Shown here piece by piece: positions 20,374 through 32,800 of a DNA stretch of 64,000 nt. Numbering within the stretch: position 1 is the stretch's first letter; every line of letters begins with the position of its first letter. The notes beneath the pieces were generated by a model. The model ran no database searches and was not told the origin of the DNA. It was given only the letters and a program-made list of their open reading frames with translations. A program made the translations under genes and the position numbers. Origin of the DNA: Azolla caroliniana (lineage: Eukaryota > Plantae > Polypodiophyta); NCBI GenBank assembly GCA_043228905.1, contig JBHGNT010000011.1, forward strand, positions 310,001-374,000, read 5' to 3'.

Positions 20374-23300
20374 CAGAATGCTATGAAGAGGCCATGACCG
20401 ATGAACACAAGGAGAAATGGTACAGTGCCATGCAAGAAGTGTTGAGATACAAGCTCAACATAAGCCGGACCGGTGCGTAAACCGGGTGCGTAAACTGGTA
20501 CGCAACGAGGAGCCGTAGCGGTGCGGAAACCACGAGGCCGTTGGAAGGATATTCCGAGTAGGAATATATTTTGGGAGTTAGTGTAGAGCTCAATTAATGA
20601 GCATTGATGTACTTGTCAGTACTTCTGTTAATCTGTATGGACTTGTATAAAAGCGCTCATTGAGCACATTCTATGTATAGAGAACGAACATTATTTTTGA
20701 ATAGAGTTTTGTGTGTTTACTCTCTCTGTCTCTCTCTTGCATACTGTGTCTACCCAAGATCTCCATTAAACTTGTGTTTGGTTTTCTATTCCTTGCTTCT
20801 GCATGTTATTCTTTTTACATGGTATTAGAGTGCGAGGGTTGAGAACCTCTGTAGTTGACTTTAGTTTAAAAGGAGAACCTAATTGTCGTGAAGAACAAGA
20901 AAAGCAGAATGGATAGAGAGGCATGGCTAGCTCGCTTCCTACAGAGAAGCTCGACAGAAACAACTACACATCTTGGTCGTATAAGATGCATTAGTACCTG
21001 CTTGGGCATGGATACTGGAGCTATGTAGATGGAGTGAATGACACAACACCCGAATCGACACACAAAGACTTCCCGCTGTGGGAACAATCGGTGAGCAAGG
21101 TTCTTTACTGATTCACCTCTTGTGTGGGCGAACAGCCTCTAAGCTATATTCGGAATGCAAAAACGCTGAAGGATGCTTGGGGAAATCTGAAGAAGATCTT
21201 CGTTGCAAGCACCACAGCTATAAAGCTACAACTCCGACATGAGTTGAGCAACTTATGACAACATGACTTGTTTGTGGCTGATTATACCTCGAAGATCAAA
21301 GACATCTACGACTCCTTAGCTTCCATCGATGTGAACGTCGAGGAAGGCGAAATGGTGCAGATCTGTCTTGGGGGACTGGTGTCAAAGTTCGGAGCGTCCT
21401 GAACAGCTGTGAGTACACTGGAGAATATGCCGTCGTTTTTCGACCTACAGTTGATGCTCCTTATAGAGGAGAATGACCCGGGTGCGTCGACCGGCACGCA
21501 CACCAACAACAAGATGCTATACACAAAGGGATATAAGCCTCGTGGTCGTGGTGGACAAGGTGGGTCGGTGCGCAATGGAGGCGGCCGACGGGATCAAGGA
21601 AGAAGGCACTGAAGTGATGACGACAGAAATCCCACACCCTCCGGAAATAGGGGGAGTCGAGGCGATGAGAACTGACAAGGGGCATCCGTCGCAGAATGCT
21701 GGTACTGTGGCAAAAAAGGCCACAAGGAGAGTGAGTGCTGGAAGAAGTGCGCCGAGTCGGGAAGAACCGGGTCCGGATCTGGCTCCAGACATACTGACAG
21801 AGGAAATCGGCAACGGTCACACTACGCCGAAGCATCCGGAAAAGCGGAAAAAGGGTCAACCTTCATGACGAGACATGAAGCGAACTCGATGAAAGAGACC
21901 ACCTCGAAATCGGACGAGGTGTGGTACGTCGACTCCAGCACGTCAAACCACATAATGAGCCATAAGGAGTGGTTCTCATACCTTGAGAAACCAATGCAAC
22001 CGGGAGTAGTTGCAACAGGAGACAACACTCTGCATCCGATTGAGAATGTCGGAGAAGTTCCCCCTGAGCCATGTCGGGCATAAAGGGAAACTCATGAAGG
22101 TGTTACACGTTCCGACAATCACGAAGAACCTAGTGTCGGCTGGACAGATAGTTGACCAAGGGATGCAAGTCCGGTTCACGCACCTCGGGTGCTTCATCGC
22201 GGAGGAAGGCCAAATTATTGCGCAAGGGCGTAGAGACGGGAGGATGTTTATCCTTGACACTAGTGATGGTGGCACCGCAATGTTCGCAAAGGGGTAAAAA
22301 GTTGAGTCAGACATCGACTTGTGGCATAAGCGGATAGGCCACGTCAACTACCAAAGGCTTTAGGACCTGCAATCGAAACAAGTGGTGTTTGGATTGCCAA
22401 AATTTAGCGGCCGGAAGGCTCAAATGTCTGAAGCCTGCCAGCTAGGGAAGCAACACCGACTTCTTTTCCCAAATGAGCATAACTGGAGCCGAAATAAGCT
22501 CGACTTGATACATTTGGATGTTTGGGGGCCGACACAAAACGTCAGTCTTGGCAGGAGTCGATATTTCGTCTCTTTCATCGACGACTATACACGACACACA
22601 TGGATCTACCTCATTGAAAGGAAGAGTGTTGTTTTTTACTGTTTCCGGGATCTGAAAGGCTTTGTCGAAAGGGAAACAGGAAGAAAGATCAAGTGCCTGC
22701 GTGTAAGGAAATGAAGTCGATGGTGATTACAGCGGAAGATGATTAGTGTGTGTGTGAGAGAGACAACAGAGAGAGAGAGAGAGAGAGGGTGAGTGAGAGC
22801 TCAAGACAAAGATAGTCAAAGACAATATGTTACATTAACATAAACATCCAACATCATCCAACAGTAACTAAGTTACAAAAGGTTGGTTTATATACCAACT
22901 AAGCTAGGGCAAGTGCCCTTTCTAATATTTACAAAACTAGCATGGAATGTCCATGAGCTAGTGTGAAACCTAACTATGGAAAGCTGAGTTCGATTCTCAA
23001 CACGCCCCTTCGAACACAACTTCCATCTATCGGAAAGTTGTTCGGTTCGTACTTCGACTTGTTTAGTCTGCTGTGTCACGTATTGTGTAGCCTATATGCC
23101 GTGTTGTGTCTGCGTACTCTGTGTATCGTTGCGTGCTGCTTTGTCTTCTGTAGTACCCCCCCTCGAGCTCGGCAGTGAAACAGTCGTGAGACCAAGGTCC
23201 GATGCGAATTTCCCGAGCTTGTCGACTCCTATGGCCTTCATAAAGATATCAGCGACCTGGAGGTGCGTGCTGATGTGTTGTAGATCGATGTCTCCAGCTT

Positions 23301-23499
23301 GTACGCGTTCGCGAATGAAGTGATAATGCACTTCGATATGTTTAGTTCGTGCGTGGAATACGGGGTTACGCGCCAAGTAGATATTGCTCATGTTGTCGCA
23401 ATATAGACGTATAGGATCCTTCATGGGTATGCCCAGATCCTTTAGTACGCATTTGAGCCATACGGCTTCACATGCGGCGACTGCTGCGCCCCTATATTC

Positions 23500-26400
23500 T
23501 GTTGTAAAACAGTGCTCGGCCACAACCGAGGAACAGGATCGATTCACAGAAAACAGGGAATACAAGATGCACGAAGACAATAGAGAGAAGAGTACACAGG
23601 GTGTTTTACGTGGAAAACCCTAAATGGGAAAAACCACGGGAGTCCTTCAAACTCCAACTATCACTATGCACAGAGATGTACAATGGTGATGCTACAAGGC
23701 AACAACCTTGAGCTCACTGTCTTCGCCACAAGCGGCGGTAATACACATAGGCGTCGACCTCTTCCTTTCTCTCTCTCTCTCTCTCTCGGCTGCACTCACT
23801 TAGCTCTCTCGGCTGAAAACATAAAATGAGCAACAACAAAAAACTGTTTGCCCTAAGTCATATTTATACACATATGACTTTCGGGCTATTTACAAATGTA
23901 GCCTCAAGGGCTCTTGGCAAACATATTCACAAATATGTCCCCGCATCCGGATCTCTCTCCGGGTACATTCGGCATCCGGCTCCGTAACCGGGGTATTCAT
24001 CATCCGGCTCCGTAGCCGGGGTCTTCCTCATCCGGCTCCGTAGCCGGGGTCTTCCTCATCCGGCTCCGTAGCCGGGGTCTTCCTCATCCGGCTCCGTAGC
24101 CGGGGTCTTCGTCATCCGTCTCCGTAGCCAGCGTCTTCGTCATCCGGCTCCGTAGCTAGCAACCGGGCTTGCCGTCATTTATCTCCGGACATCCCATCCG
24201 GAGGGACCGAAATCCCAACAAACTCCCCCTTCACTTCGGCATGGGATGTCTTTCTAATCCGATCCTCTTCCGGCATGCTTCCAGCTTGTCGGGTGTGAGC
24301 ACCTTGGTCAGCATATCCGACCCGTTCTCGTCCGTGTGGATCTTCGTCAGCACGAACTCCTTGTCTTCTATCCTTTCCCGGATCCAGTGGTATCTACGCT
24401 GGATGTGCTTCGTCCGGGAATGGTAGGCCGCGTTCTTCGCAAGGTGGATGGCACTCTGACTATCGCAGTAGAGTCGGTACTCCTCCTGCCGGATACCGAG
24501 CTCTCTAATGAAGTCCTTCATCCATATTATTTCCTTGCCGGCTTCAACAGCCGCCATGTACTCCGCCTCCGTAGTTGACAACGCAACCGTCTTCTGCAGC
24601 CTCGACTGCCATGAAACAGCTCCCCCTGCATACGTCATCACATACCCTGATGTGGACCGGCTGGTATCTGCATCAGCCGACATATCCGAATCGGTAAAGC
24701 CGTCGAGTTCGGACTTGCCGGAGCCGAATCGGAGGCACACGTTTGCCGTGCCCTTCAGGTATCGGAGTATCCACTTGACCGCGTTCCAGTGCTCTTTGCC
24801 GGGATTGCTCATGGACCGGCTCACCCCTCCAACTGCATATCCTATGTCCGGTCTTGTACACACCATTGCGTACATCAAGCTTCCGACGGCAGAGGCATAT
24901 GGTACTTTCATCATGTCCTCCTTCTTAGCCTTTGTCTTGGGGCTTTGCTTGCTGGACAACTTGCAGTTTGCCGGGAGGGTTGACCCGACCGGTCTTGCTT
25001 CCGACATGTTGAACCGGTGAAGCACCTTTGTCACGTACTTCTCCTGTGACATCCACAACTGCTTCTTCTTCCGGTCCCGGATGATGTGCATTCCTAGTAT
25101 TTGCCTCGCCGGACCCAGGTCCTTCATTGAGAAAGTTCGGTGAAGCGCTTTCTTCAGCATCCGTATCTTGACCTGGTCCCGTCCGACGATCAACATGTCG
25201 TCCACGTACAGGAGGAGTATTAGAAAGTCTCCTCCTTCGAACTTCTTCACAAACACGCAGTGATCGGACTGCGTTTTGTGGTACCCTTCGTCGGTCATGA
25301 AGGAGTCGAACTTCCGGTACCATTGCCGGGGAGCCTGCTTCAGTCCGTAAAGGCTCTTCTTCAACCGGCATACCAGGTGCTCCTTCCCTTTCTTCTCGAA
25401 TCCTTCCGGTTGCTGCATGTAGATCTCTTCTTCGAGGTCACCGTGAAGGAATGCCGTCTTCACGTCCATCTGTTCTACCTCGAGGTCCATGCTTGCCGCT
25501 ATGCTCAGCACCGTCCGGATGGAGGTCATCTTCACTACCGGGGCAAATATCTCGTCGAAGTCGACGCCCTTCTTCTGCTGGAACCCCTTCACCACGATCC
25601 TGGCTTTGTATCTCGGGGGGCTTCCGGCATCTCCCGGTTTCAGCTTGAACACCCACTTGTTTCGAAGTGCCCGCTTTCCTTTCGGCAACTCCACAAGTTC
25701 ATATGTGTGGTTCTCATGCAGGGAATCCATCTCGTCCTGCATGGCACTCAACCACCTGCGGCTCTGGGTGTCGTGCTTTGCTTCTTCAAAGCTCTCCGGC
25801 TCCCCCTCGTCGGTTAGCAGCACGTGCTCTGGTTCCGGAAATCTCCGGGGGGCCCTTCTCTCTCTTAGAGGGTATCTCCGTTCCGGAGCTTCGGTAACCG
25901 GCTGCTCCGTTTCCTCTTCATCCGAATCCATTTCGGGATCGGGGCCGGTTCCGGTATCAGTTTCATCTTCCTCGGCCGGTTCTGTTTCTTCACCGTCTTC
26001 GGCCGGATCCTCGAGTGCTAACCGGTCCCTTGCCGGTCGGGACTGCTCCTCGTAGAGTTTATCCTCACCGGTCGACTTGGAGCTCTTCATCTTCTTCTCC
26101 GACTCCCAGTCGGCGAGTGTCTTGTCCTCCATGAAAATGATATCTCGACTCCTGAATATCTTCTTGTCGACCGGGTCCCATACTCGGTAGCCGAACTCGT
26201 CATCGCCGTAACCGAGGAATATGCATGGCCGGGTCTTTGGATCTAGCTTTCCTCTCCGGTCCTTTGCCACATGCACGTATGCGAGACACCCGAACACCTT
26301 CAGATGCCGGTAGGACACTTCCCTTCCGGTCCACACTCTCTGCGGCGTGTCTTCGTCCAAAGGTACTGAGGGTGATCTGTTAATCACGTATGTCGCCGTC

Positions 26401-29000
26401 GACATTGCCTCAGCCCAAAACCCCTTGGGTAATTTCGCATGCGCCAGCATACTCCGGACCCTCTCCATTATGGTCCGGTTCATCCTCTCAGCCAGCCCGT
26501 TCAGTTCTGGCGTCTTCGGCACTGTAAACTCGAGCCAGATTCCCTTCGAGCGACAGTACTCCGCGAACTGCCCCCGGTATTCCCCTCCGTTATCCGCTCG
26601 TATCGCTTTCAGCTTCTTGCCGGATTCTCTTTCCACTCTCGCGTGGAGTTCTTTGAAGACGGACAATACTTGGTCCTTTGTCTTCAACGGTGCCGTCCAC
26701 AGCTTCCGGCTGTGGTCATCAATGAATGTCACGAAGTACTGGGCTCCGCCATGTGACTTCGCTTCTACTTGACACACGTCAGTGTGCACCAGCTCCAATG
26801 GTGCGCTACGTCTCGTCGGTGGCCTTGAGTGGAAGGAGGTCCGGTTTTGCTTACCGGCCAGGCAGTCGGTGCACTTCTCCAGGTGCACATGCTTCACTGG
26901 AATAAGGTTGTCTTCTGCAAGCCTCTTCATCCCCTTCTCACTCATGTGGCACAGTCTCTTGTGCCACAGCTCACCGGTAGTGTCGGCTGCCACGTTCAGC
27001 TCCTCCGGACATAGCCGGGAATTCATCAGGTACAGTGTGTTGACCTTCCGGGCCCGAGCCACTATCAAGCTCCCCTTGCTGAACTTCATGACACCGTTCC
27101 GGATGCTACCCGTGTAGCCTTCATCGTCTAGCCTCCCGGCCGAGATCAGGTTCAATCGGACCTCCGGAACGTGTCGAACATCCTTCAACAGCATCTTGCA
27201 TCCGGTTGATGTCATCAGCCACACGTCTCCTATGCCGGCAATCCGGCATGTGCCTTCATTTCCCATCCGGACACAGCCGTGCTCACCGGCTGTGTAGGAT
27301 GAGAAGTATTTCTTCTCCGGGGTCAGGTGGAACGACGCTCCGGAATCGACCACCCAGGTCATCTCTTCACCGGCAAGGTTCAGCTCCCTCTCTTCGGTAA
27401 TGAGCATTATCTCTTCTTCACTTGCCGCGAGTGCCGTCGTTCCTTTCCGGTCCTGCCCTCGCCGATCCGGACCTCTCCGGTCCGTGGCTCCCCGGTATGC
27501 ACCGTTCCTCTCCGGTGACTTCTTCGAATCGGTGTCGTCGGCTCCGTTGTCTTTTCGGTAATGCCGACAATTCTTTCGGAAGTGCCCCGGCTTCCCACAG
27601 TGGAAGCATGTGGGCCTTCCTCTTGACTGCGACCGGGTCCCCGACTTCTCCCGTCTTTGCGGACTCCGGTTCCATTGTCTTCCCCGATCCGATTCGGTAA
27701 GCAGCGCCTTCGAGTCGGAGGCCGGTTCTTTATCTCTCCGACGCGCTTCTTCGTTCAAAATACTTGTCTTTACCGTTTGTAAGGACAAGTTATCTTCTGT
27801 GCAGGAGGTGCTGAGAGTCACCACCAAGTTCTCCCAGCTTTCCGGCAATGTACACATCAGAATGATGGCTTGCATTGCATCCTCCAGCGGGAACTTGATC
27901 GCCGCAAGCTGGTTCACGAATCCCATGAACGTGCTTACGTGTTCCACCATACTCTCGCCGTCCCGGTACTTGAGGTTCACTATCTTCCTCATCAGGGAGG
28001 TCCGGTTCAACGCATTCTTCCTCTTGTAGAGGCCCGACAGCTTCCGCCACATCTCATATGCGTTGGTGTCGTTCGCCACATGTTGTAGAACGCTCACGTC
28101 GACGTATTGCCGAATGGTTGCAACGGCTTTCCGGTTCAGAAGCCTCCATTCCGTCTCAAGTACCCCCTTGGGTATTTCCGACCTGTCGATCGGTTCATAC
28201 AGGTCCCGAACAATGAGCAGATCCTCCATCTTTATCTTCCAGTCGGCGTAGTTCTGCGCATTCAGCACCATCATCCCCGGCTGCCCGCTGTTGCCGCCTT
28301 CCATTTTCTGTGTTAACCTCGCTCTGATACCACTTTGTTGTAAAACAGTGCTCGGCCACAACCGAGGAACAGGATCGATTCACAGAAAACAGGGAATACA
28401 AGATGCACGAAGACAATAGAGAGAAGAGTACACAGGGTGTTTTACGTGGAAAACCCTAAATGGGAAAAACCACGGGAGTCCTTCAAACTCCAACTATCAC
28501 TATGCACAGAGATGTACAATGGTGATGCTACAAGGCAACAACCTTGAGCTCACTGTCTTCGCCACAAGCGGCGGTAATACACATAGGCGTCGACCTCTTC
28601 CTTTCTCTCTCTCTCTCTCTCTCGGCTGCACTCACTTAGCTCTCTCGGCTGAAAACATAAAATGAGCAACAACAAAAAATTGTTTGCCCTAAGTCATATT
28701 TATACACATATGACTTTCGGGCTATTTACAAATGTAGCCTCAAGGGCTCTTGGCAAACATATTCACAAATATGTCCCCGCATCCGGATCTCTCTCCGGGT
28801 ACATTCGGCATCCGGCTCCGTAGCCGGGGTCTTCCTCATCCGGCTCCGTAGCCGGGGTCTTCCTCATCCGGCTCCGTAGCCGGGGTCTTCGTCATCCGTC
28901 TCCGTAGCCAGCGTCTTCGTCATCCGGCTCCGTAGCTAGCAACCGGGCTTGCCGTCATTTATCTCCGGACATCCCATCCGGAGGGACCGAAATCCCAACA
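23500..29000 (-). mobile_element. Element G: intact young Copia, same family as D
   Basis: LTRs 23500-24220 (721 bp) and 28336-29000 (665 bp); PBS 28332-28321; PPT near 24223-24234; TSD TATTC; interrupts F's TEAEY motif. Confidence 0.97.
24231..28304 (-). CDS. Copia Gag-Pol polyprotein (about 1357 aa), intact
   Basis: Open ORF with all domains, near-identical to the D protein; ATG at 28304. Confidence 0.96.
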   Translation of the reverse strand: MEGGNSGQPGMMVLNAQNYADWKIKMEDLLIVRDLYEPIDRSEIPKGVLETEWRLLNRKAVATIRQYVDVSVLQHVANDTNAYEMWRKLSGLYKRKNALNRTSLMRKIVNLKYRDGESMVEHVSTFMGFVNQLAAIKFPLEDAMQAIILMCTLPESWENLVVTLSTSCTEDNLSLQTVKTSILNEEARRRDKEPASDSKALLTESDRGRQWNRSPQRREKSGTRSQSRGRPTCFHCGKPGHFRKNCRHYRKDNGADDTDSKKSPERNGAYRGATDRRGPDRRGQDRKGTTALAASEEEIMLITEERELNLAGEEMTWVVDSGASFHLTPEKKYFSSYTAGEHGCVRMGNEGTCRIAGIGDVWLMTSTGCKMLLKDVRHVPEVRLNLISAGRLDDEGYTGSIRNGVMKFSKGSLIVARARKVNTLYLMNSRLCPEELNVAADTTGELWHKRLCHMSEKGMKRLAEDNLIPVKHVHLEKCTDCLAGKQNRTSFHSRPPTRRSAPLELVHTDVCQVEAKSHGGAQYFVTFIDDHSRKLWTAPLKTKDQVLSVFKELHARVERESGKKLKAIRADNGGEYRGQFAEYCRSKGIWLEFTVPKTPELNGLAERMNRTIMERVRSMLAHAKLPKGFWAEAMSTATYVINRSPSVPLDEDTPQRVWTGREVSYRHLKVFGCLAYVHVAKDRRGKLDPKTRPCIFLGYGDDEFGYRVWDPVDKKIFRSRDIIFMEDKTLADWESEKKMKSSKSTGEDKLYEEQSRPARDRLALEDPAEDGEETEPAEEDETDTGTGPDPEMDSDEEETEQPVTEAPERRYPLRERRAPRRFPEPEHVLLTDEGEPESFEEAKHDTQSRRWLSAMQDEMDSLHENHTYELVELPKGKRALRNKWVFKLKPGDAGSPPRYKARIVVKGFQQKKGVDFDEIFAPVVKMTSIRTVLSIAASMDLEVEQMDVKTAFLHGDLEEEIYMQQPEGFEKKGKEHLVCRLKKSLYGLKQAPRQWYRKFDSFMTDEGYHKTQSDHCVFVKKFEGGDFLILLLYVDDMLIVGRDQVKIRMLKKALHRTFSMKDLGPARQILGMHIIRDRKKKQLWMSQEKYVTKVLHRFNMSEARPVGSTLPANCKLSSKQSPKTKAKKEDMMKVPYASAVGSLMYAMVCTRPDIGYAVGGVSRSMSNPGKEHWNAVKWILRYLKGTANVCLRFGSGKSELDGFTDSDMSADADTSRSTSGYVMTYAGGAVSWQSRLQKTVALSTTEAEYMAAVEAGKEIIWMKDFIRELGIRQEEYRLYCDSQSAIHLAKNAAYHSRTKHIQRRYHWIRERIEDKEFVLTKIHTDENGSDMLTKVLTPDKLEACRKRIGLERHPMPK

Positions 29001-29119
29001 TATTCGGCTTCTGTGCTCGACAGTGCGACTGTCAGCTATTTCTTGCTGCTCCAGGAGATCGCTCCGCTGTCGAGGGAGAAGACGAATCCAGACATGGATC
29101 GTCTATCCGCTTTGTATCC

Positions 29120-29883
29120 TGACAGGAACTACACACTCCCTTTGAACAACGCTTGGCCACAACCGAGCCTAGAATAAAACACAGAAAACAGGGAATGAAA
29201 CACAACACGATAGAGAGAAGAGTACATAGGATGTTTACGTGGAAAACCCAAAAACGGGAAAAAACCATGGCAACCTACAGACCACAAACTATCACTATGT
29301 CAGAATGTACAATAAGAAAGCACCAAGGCCACGACCTCGAGCTTGCTATCTTCGCCATAGGCGGCAGTTACAATCAGAGGCAACGACCTCTTCCTCTCTC
29401 ACTCTCTTTGTACATAGTTGCGTGCTCTTATCTTGCGCCAACAAGAATAACAACAACTCTCTCGCACTGTCTATACAAAAAGTTTGCCCTAAGTCATATT
29501 TACACTAATATGACTTTTCGGCTATTTACAAATATAGCCACGATGGACTCTCAGAAACATATTTACGAATATGTCTCTTCATTCGGTGAGCACTCCTCAC
29601 CGGGACTGCAACATCCAGCTCTCCGTAGCCGGGTACTCGTCATCCGGTTCTCACCGGGTCTACAACATCCGGCTCTCCGTAGCCGGGTACTCGTCATCCC
29701 GTTCTCACCGGGTCTGCATCATCTAGGTCTCTGTAGCCGGGTACTCGTCATCCGATTCTCACCGGGTCTTCCGTAGCTGGGTATTCCTCATCCGGTTTCG
29801 GCCTTGGCCTATCAGCCTCGGCCGAGTTTGCTCATCAATACTATTCTTCTGACTTCCCATCCGGAGGGACCTGTTTCCTAACA
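29120..29883 (-). mobile_element. Solo LTR H (764 bp) with about four 54-bp CCGG-containing U3 repeats
   Basis: TGACA...TAACA; TSD TATCC at 29115-29119 and 29884-29888; F rejoins as DADWAG|YKADRRS. Confidence 0.92.
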
Positions 29884-32800
29884 TATCCTGCCCAATCCGC
29901 ATCTGTTTACCCTTCAAGTCGAATAGACGTATTCGACTTATACATGATGTTGTGATCCATTGTCGAACTAACATACGGTAGTATCCTCTTAGCGCAATCT
30001 AGGTGAATATTTCTCGGATTTTGCATAAACGGCTAAGTAGGCCGACTGAATAGCTTAGGTCAGGTCGCGTAATGGTAAGATAGATCAAGCTACCGATCAA
30101 TTGTTGATACTGAGTCGGTTCAATCTCGGCCGTGCCGGAGTTGGCATCAATCTTGATATTACGATCAAGAAGGGTAGTCACAGGTTTGCACTCTGTCATG
30201 CCGAATTTGTACAGTAAGTTGAGGACGTAGTGCTATTGTGAGATCATTATCCCGACTGGTGTCTGAATTACTTCAATACCTTGCAAGTAATGAAGCTCGT
30301 GCAGGTCTTTCATTTCGAATATGCCGGAAAGAAGTGATTTAACTTTGTTAATCTCGGCGAGATCCTTTCCTCCGATGACCAAATCATCCACGTAAAGGAT
30401 GATGACAATCGGGCTATCCAATGCGTTTCAGATGTAGAGGGAAGTGTCGGATTTTGACATGCGGAACCCGACTTGATGAAGATATTGCGTGATCTTCGAA
30501 TGCCAAGCACGCGATGCTTGTTTGAGGCCATAGAGCGGCTTCTTGAGTCGGCATACGACGTGTGGATGTTTACGCAACTCACATCTGGGTGGTTGAATCA
30601 TATACACTATCTCTTCTAGGTCCCCTTGGAGGAAGGCGTTCTTTACATCCATTTGATGGAGATGCCACCCTTTCGCTGCGGTGAGTGCGATTACGGTTCG
30701 AACAGTGGTCATCTTTGCCACCGGAGCAAAGGTCTCTTCGTAGTCTATGTCGTGCGTTTGCGCGTATCCTTTTGCAACAAGCCGTGCTTTGAAGCGATTT
30801 ACGGATCCATCAGCATTGTGCTTTACCTTGTAGATCCATCTGCAACCAATTGCTTTCTTGTTCGGAGGGAGAGGCATGAGATCCCATGTCTCATTTTTAC
30901 GTAGTGCTTCCATCTCCTCGTTCATTGCATCGACCCATCGTGGATCCTTTCTGGCTTGGGAAAGAGATTCCGATTCTCATACTGATGCTACCTTCATCAT
31001 GAAGGCATAATGATACGCCATGTATTCGTCGTAGCCGTAGCGGCTTATGGGATTCTTCTCTCGCGTGGAGCAACGTGGCTTTTTGGTTGCAGGTTTAGGG
31101 GCTTTCTTCACGCCATCTGCAAGAATGTCAAGGCTTTCGAGCTCATCATCAAGATCAAAATTATCTTCATATTCTTGCATTTTTGCCTTGCCTTTGTCCA
31201 AACTTGGACTTGGCCGAGATGTACTCTGACCGCTCCATGGTTCTAATGGCCCACTCAGCCGTGTCGTAATTGGGCTCTCTTCATGTATCTGCATGAGTCG
31301 ATCATCAGCTCCTATTTGTGTTTCGGAGTCATCCATATCGAGTGGAGTTTGAGTTAATGTAAACTCTGGTGTGTACCAGGATGCAGATTCGTTGAAGACT
31401 ACGTCTCGACTTATTCGAACCTTTCAGCTAGATGGATTATAGCACTTGTACCCCTTCTGTTCGAGTGAGTATCCCACGAGGATGCATTTCTCCGACTTCG
31501 GATCAAGCTTTTGCCGCGTATCATCGGGAATATGTACATAGGAGATAGAGCCGAAAATGCGAACATGCGATAAGCTCGGTTTCTTTCCAAAGAACTTCTC
31601 ATGCGGAGTTATGTAGTGTACTCTAGAGGTTACGCACCTATTCATGAGGTAGACGACTGTATTCACTGCTTCTGCCCAGTACGACTTCGGCAGGTTCTTC
31701 TCGTTCATCATGGCCCGTGCGACTTCAACAATGTGTCGGTTTTTGCGCTTTGCTATGCCGTTTTGTTGTGGTGTGTGACGACATGAGAACTCTCATTTGA
31801 TTCCTTCTTTTCGAAGATACGCTGTGAATTCGTTCGAAAAGTATTCTTTGCCTCCATCTGATCGAAGGCAGCATACATGTCTGCCCATGGCTTTTTCCAC
31901 TTCGGCCTTGAATCTCTAGAAGTGCTCGAACACTTCGCTCTTTTGCTTCATCGGATAGACCCAGGTGTTCCCGGAGAAGTCGTTGACGAACATAACATGA
32001 TAACGACATCCACCGAATGTAGCCGTTTGGGCTGGCCCCCATACATTTGAATGTACGACATCCAAGATTCCTTTGCTCACATTCCGCTCATTCGGTAATA
32101 ATTGATGGCGTTGCTTTCCGAATTGGCATGCTTCGCATACGCCGGTAATCTCCCTTGCCGTGAAGTTTGGGAGTCCGATTATGACTCCTTTTGATTGCAT
32201 GTTCTAGAGCTTCTGGAGATTTATGTGGCCAATTCGCTTGTGCCACAGTTTCAAGTCGGCTTCGACTTTTTGGCCCTTTGCGTACATGGCCAATTTTACC
32301 TCGCTCGACTCGAGGATGAACATACGGCCTTCTCTGCGACCGTGTGCTACGATGTGATCGCCTTTTTCGATGAAGCACCCGTTATTGTTGAAGCGTACCT
32401 GCATTCCTTGTTCTACAATCTGACCCACTAAGATCAGGTTCTTCGTGATTGTTGGGACATGCAGGACATTCTTGAGGGAGGTTTGATCCCTATTATTTCC
32501 GAATGGAACATTTCCAATATGCCGTATTGAGTGAGTCGTGTCATCGCCAGTCTCGACATATCCAGGCTGATCGGGTTTACGTAGTTCTCGGAACCAATCT
32601 TCATGAGATGTCATATGATTGGACGCTCCGGAGTCAACAAACCATACGCTGTTTGAGGCGGAGGCGCGGGTTGAAGCATGTGCGGACATCGAGTGTGCTT
32701 TATGCCTCATTACGAACATTCCGCCACGATCGCTGTAGTCGGAATTTGTTGTGTAGTTGGTGAGTTGTCTACTTGCCTCACGCTTCTTCTTCTGGCACTC

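Noticed and set aside
29068-29119. Alternative left boundary for solo LTR H at TG 29068, implying a target deletion
   Set aside because: This stretch encodes F's YKADRRSMSGFVFSLD; the true boundary is 29120, with a perfect TATCC TSD.
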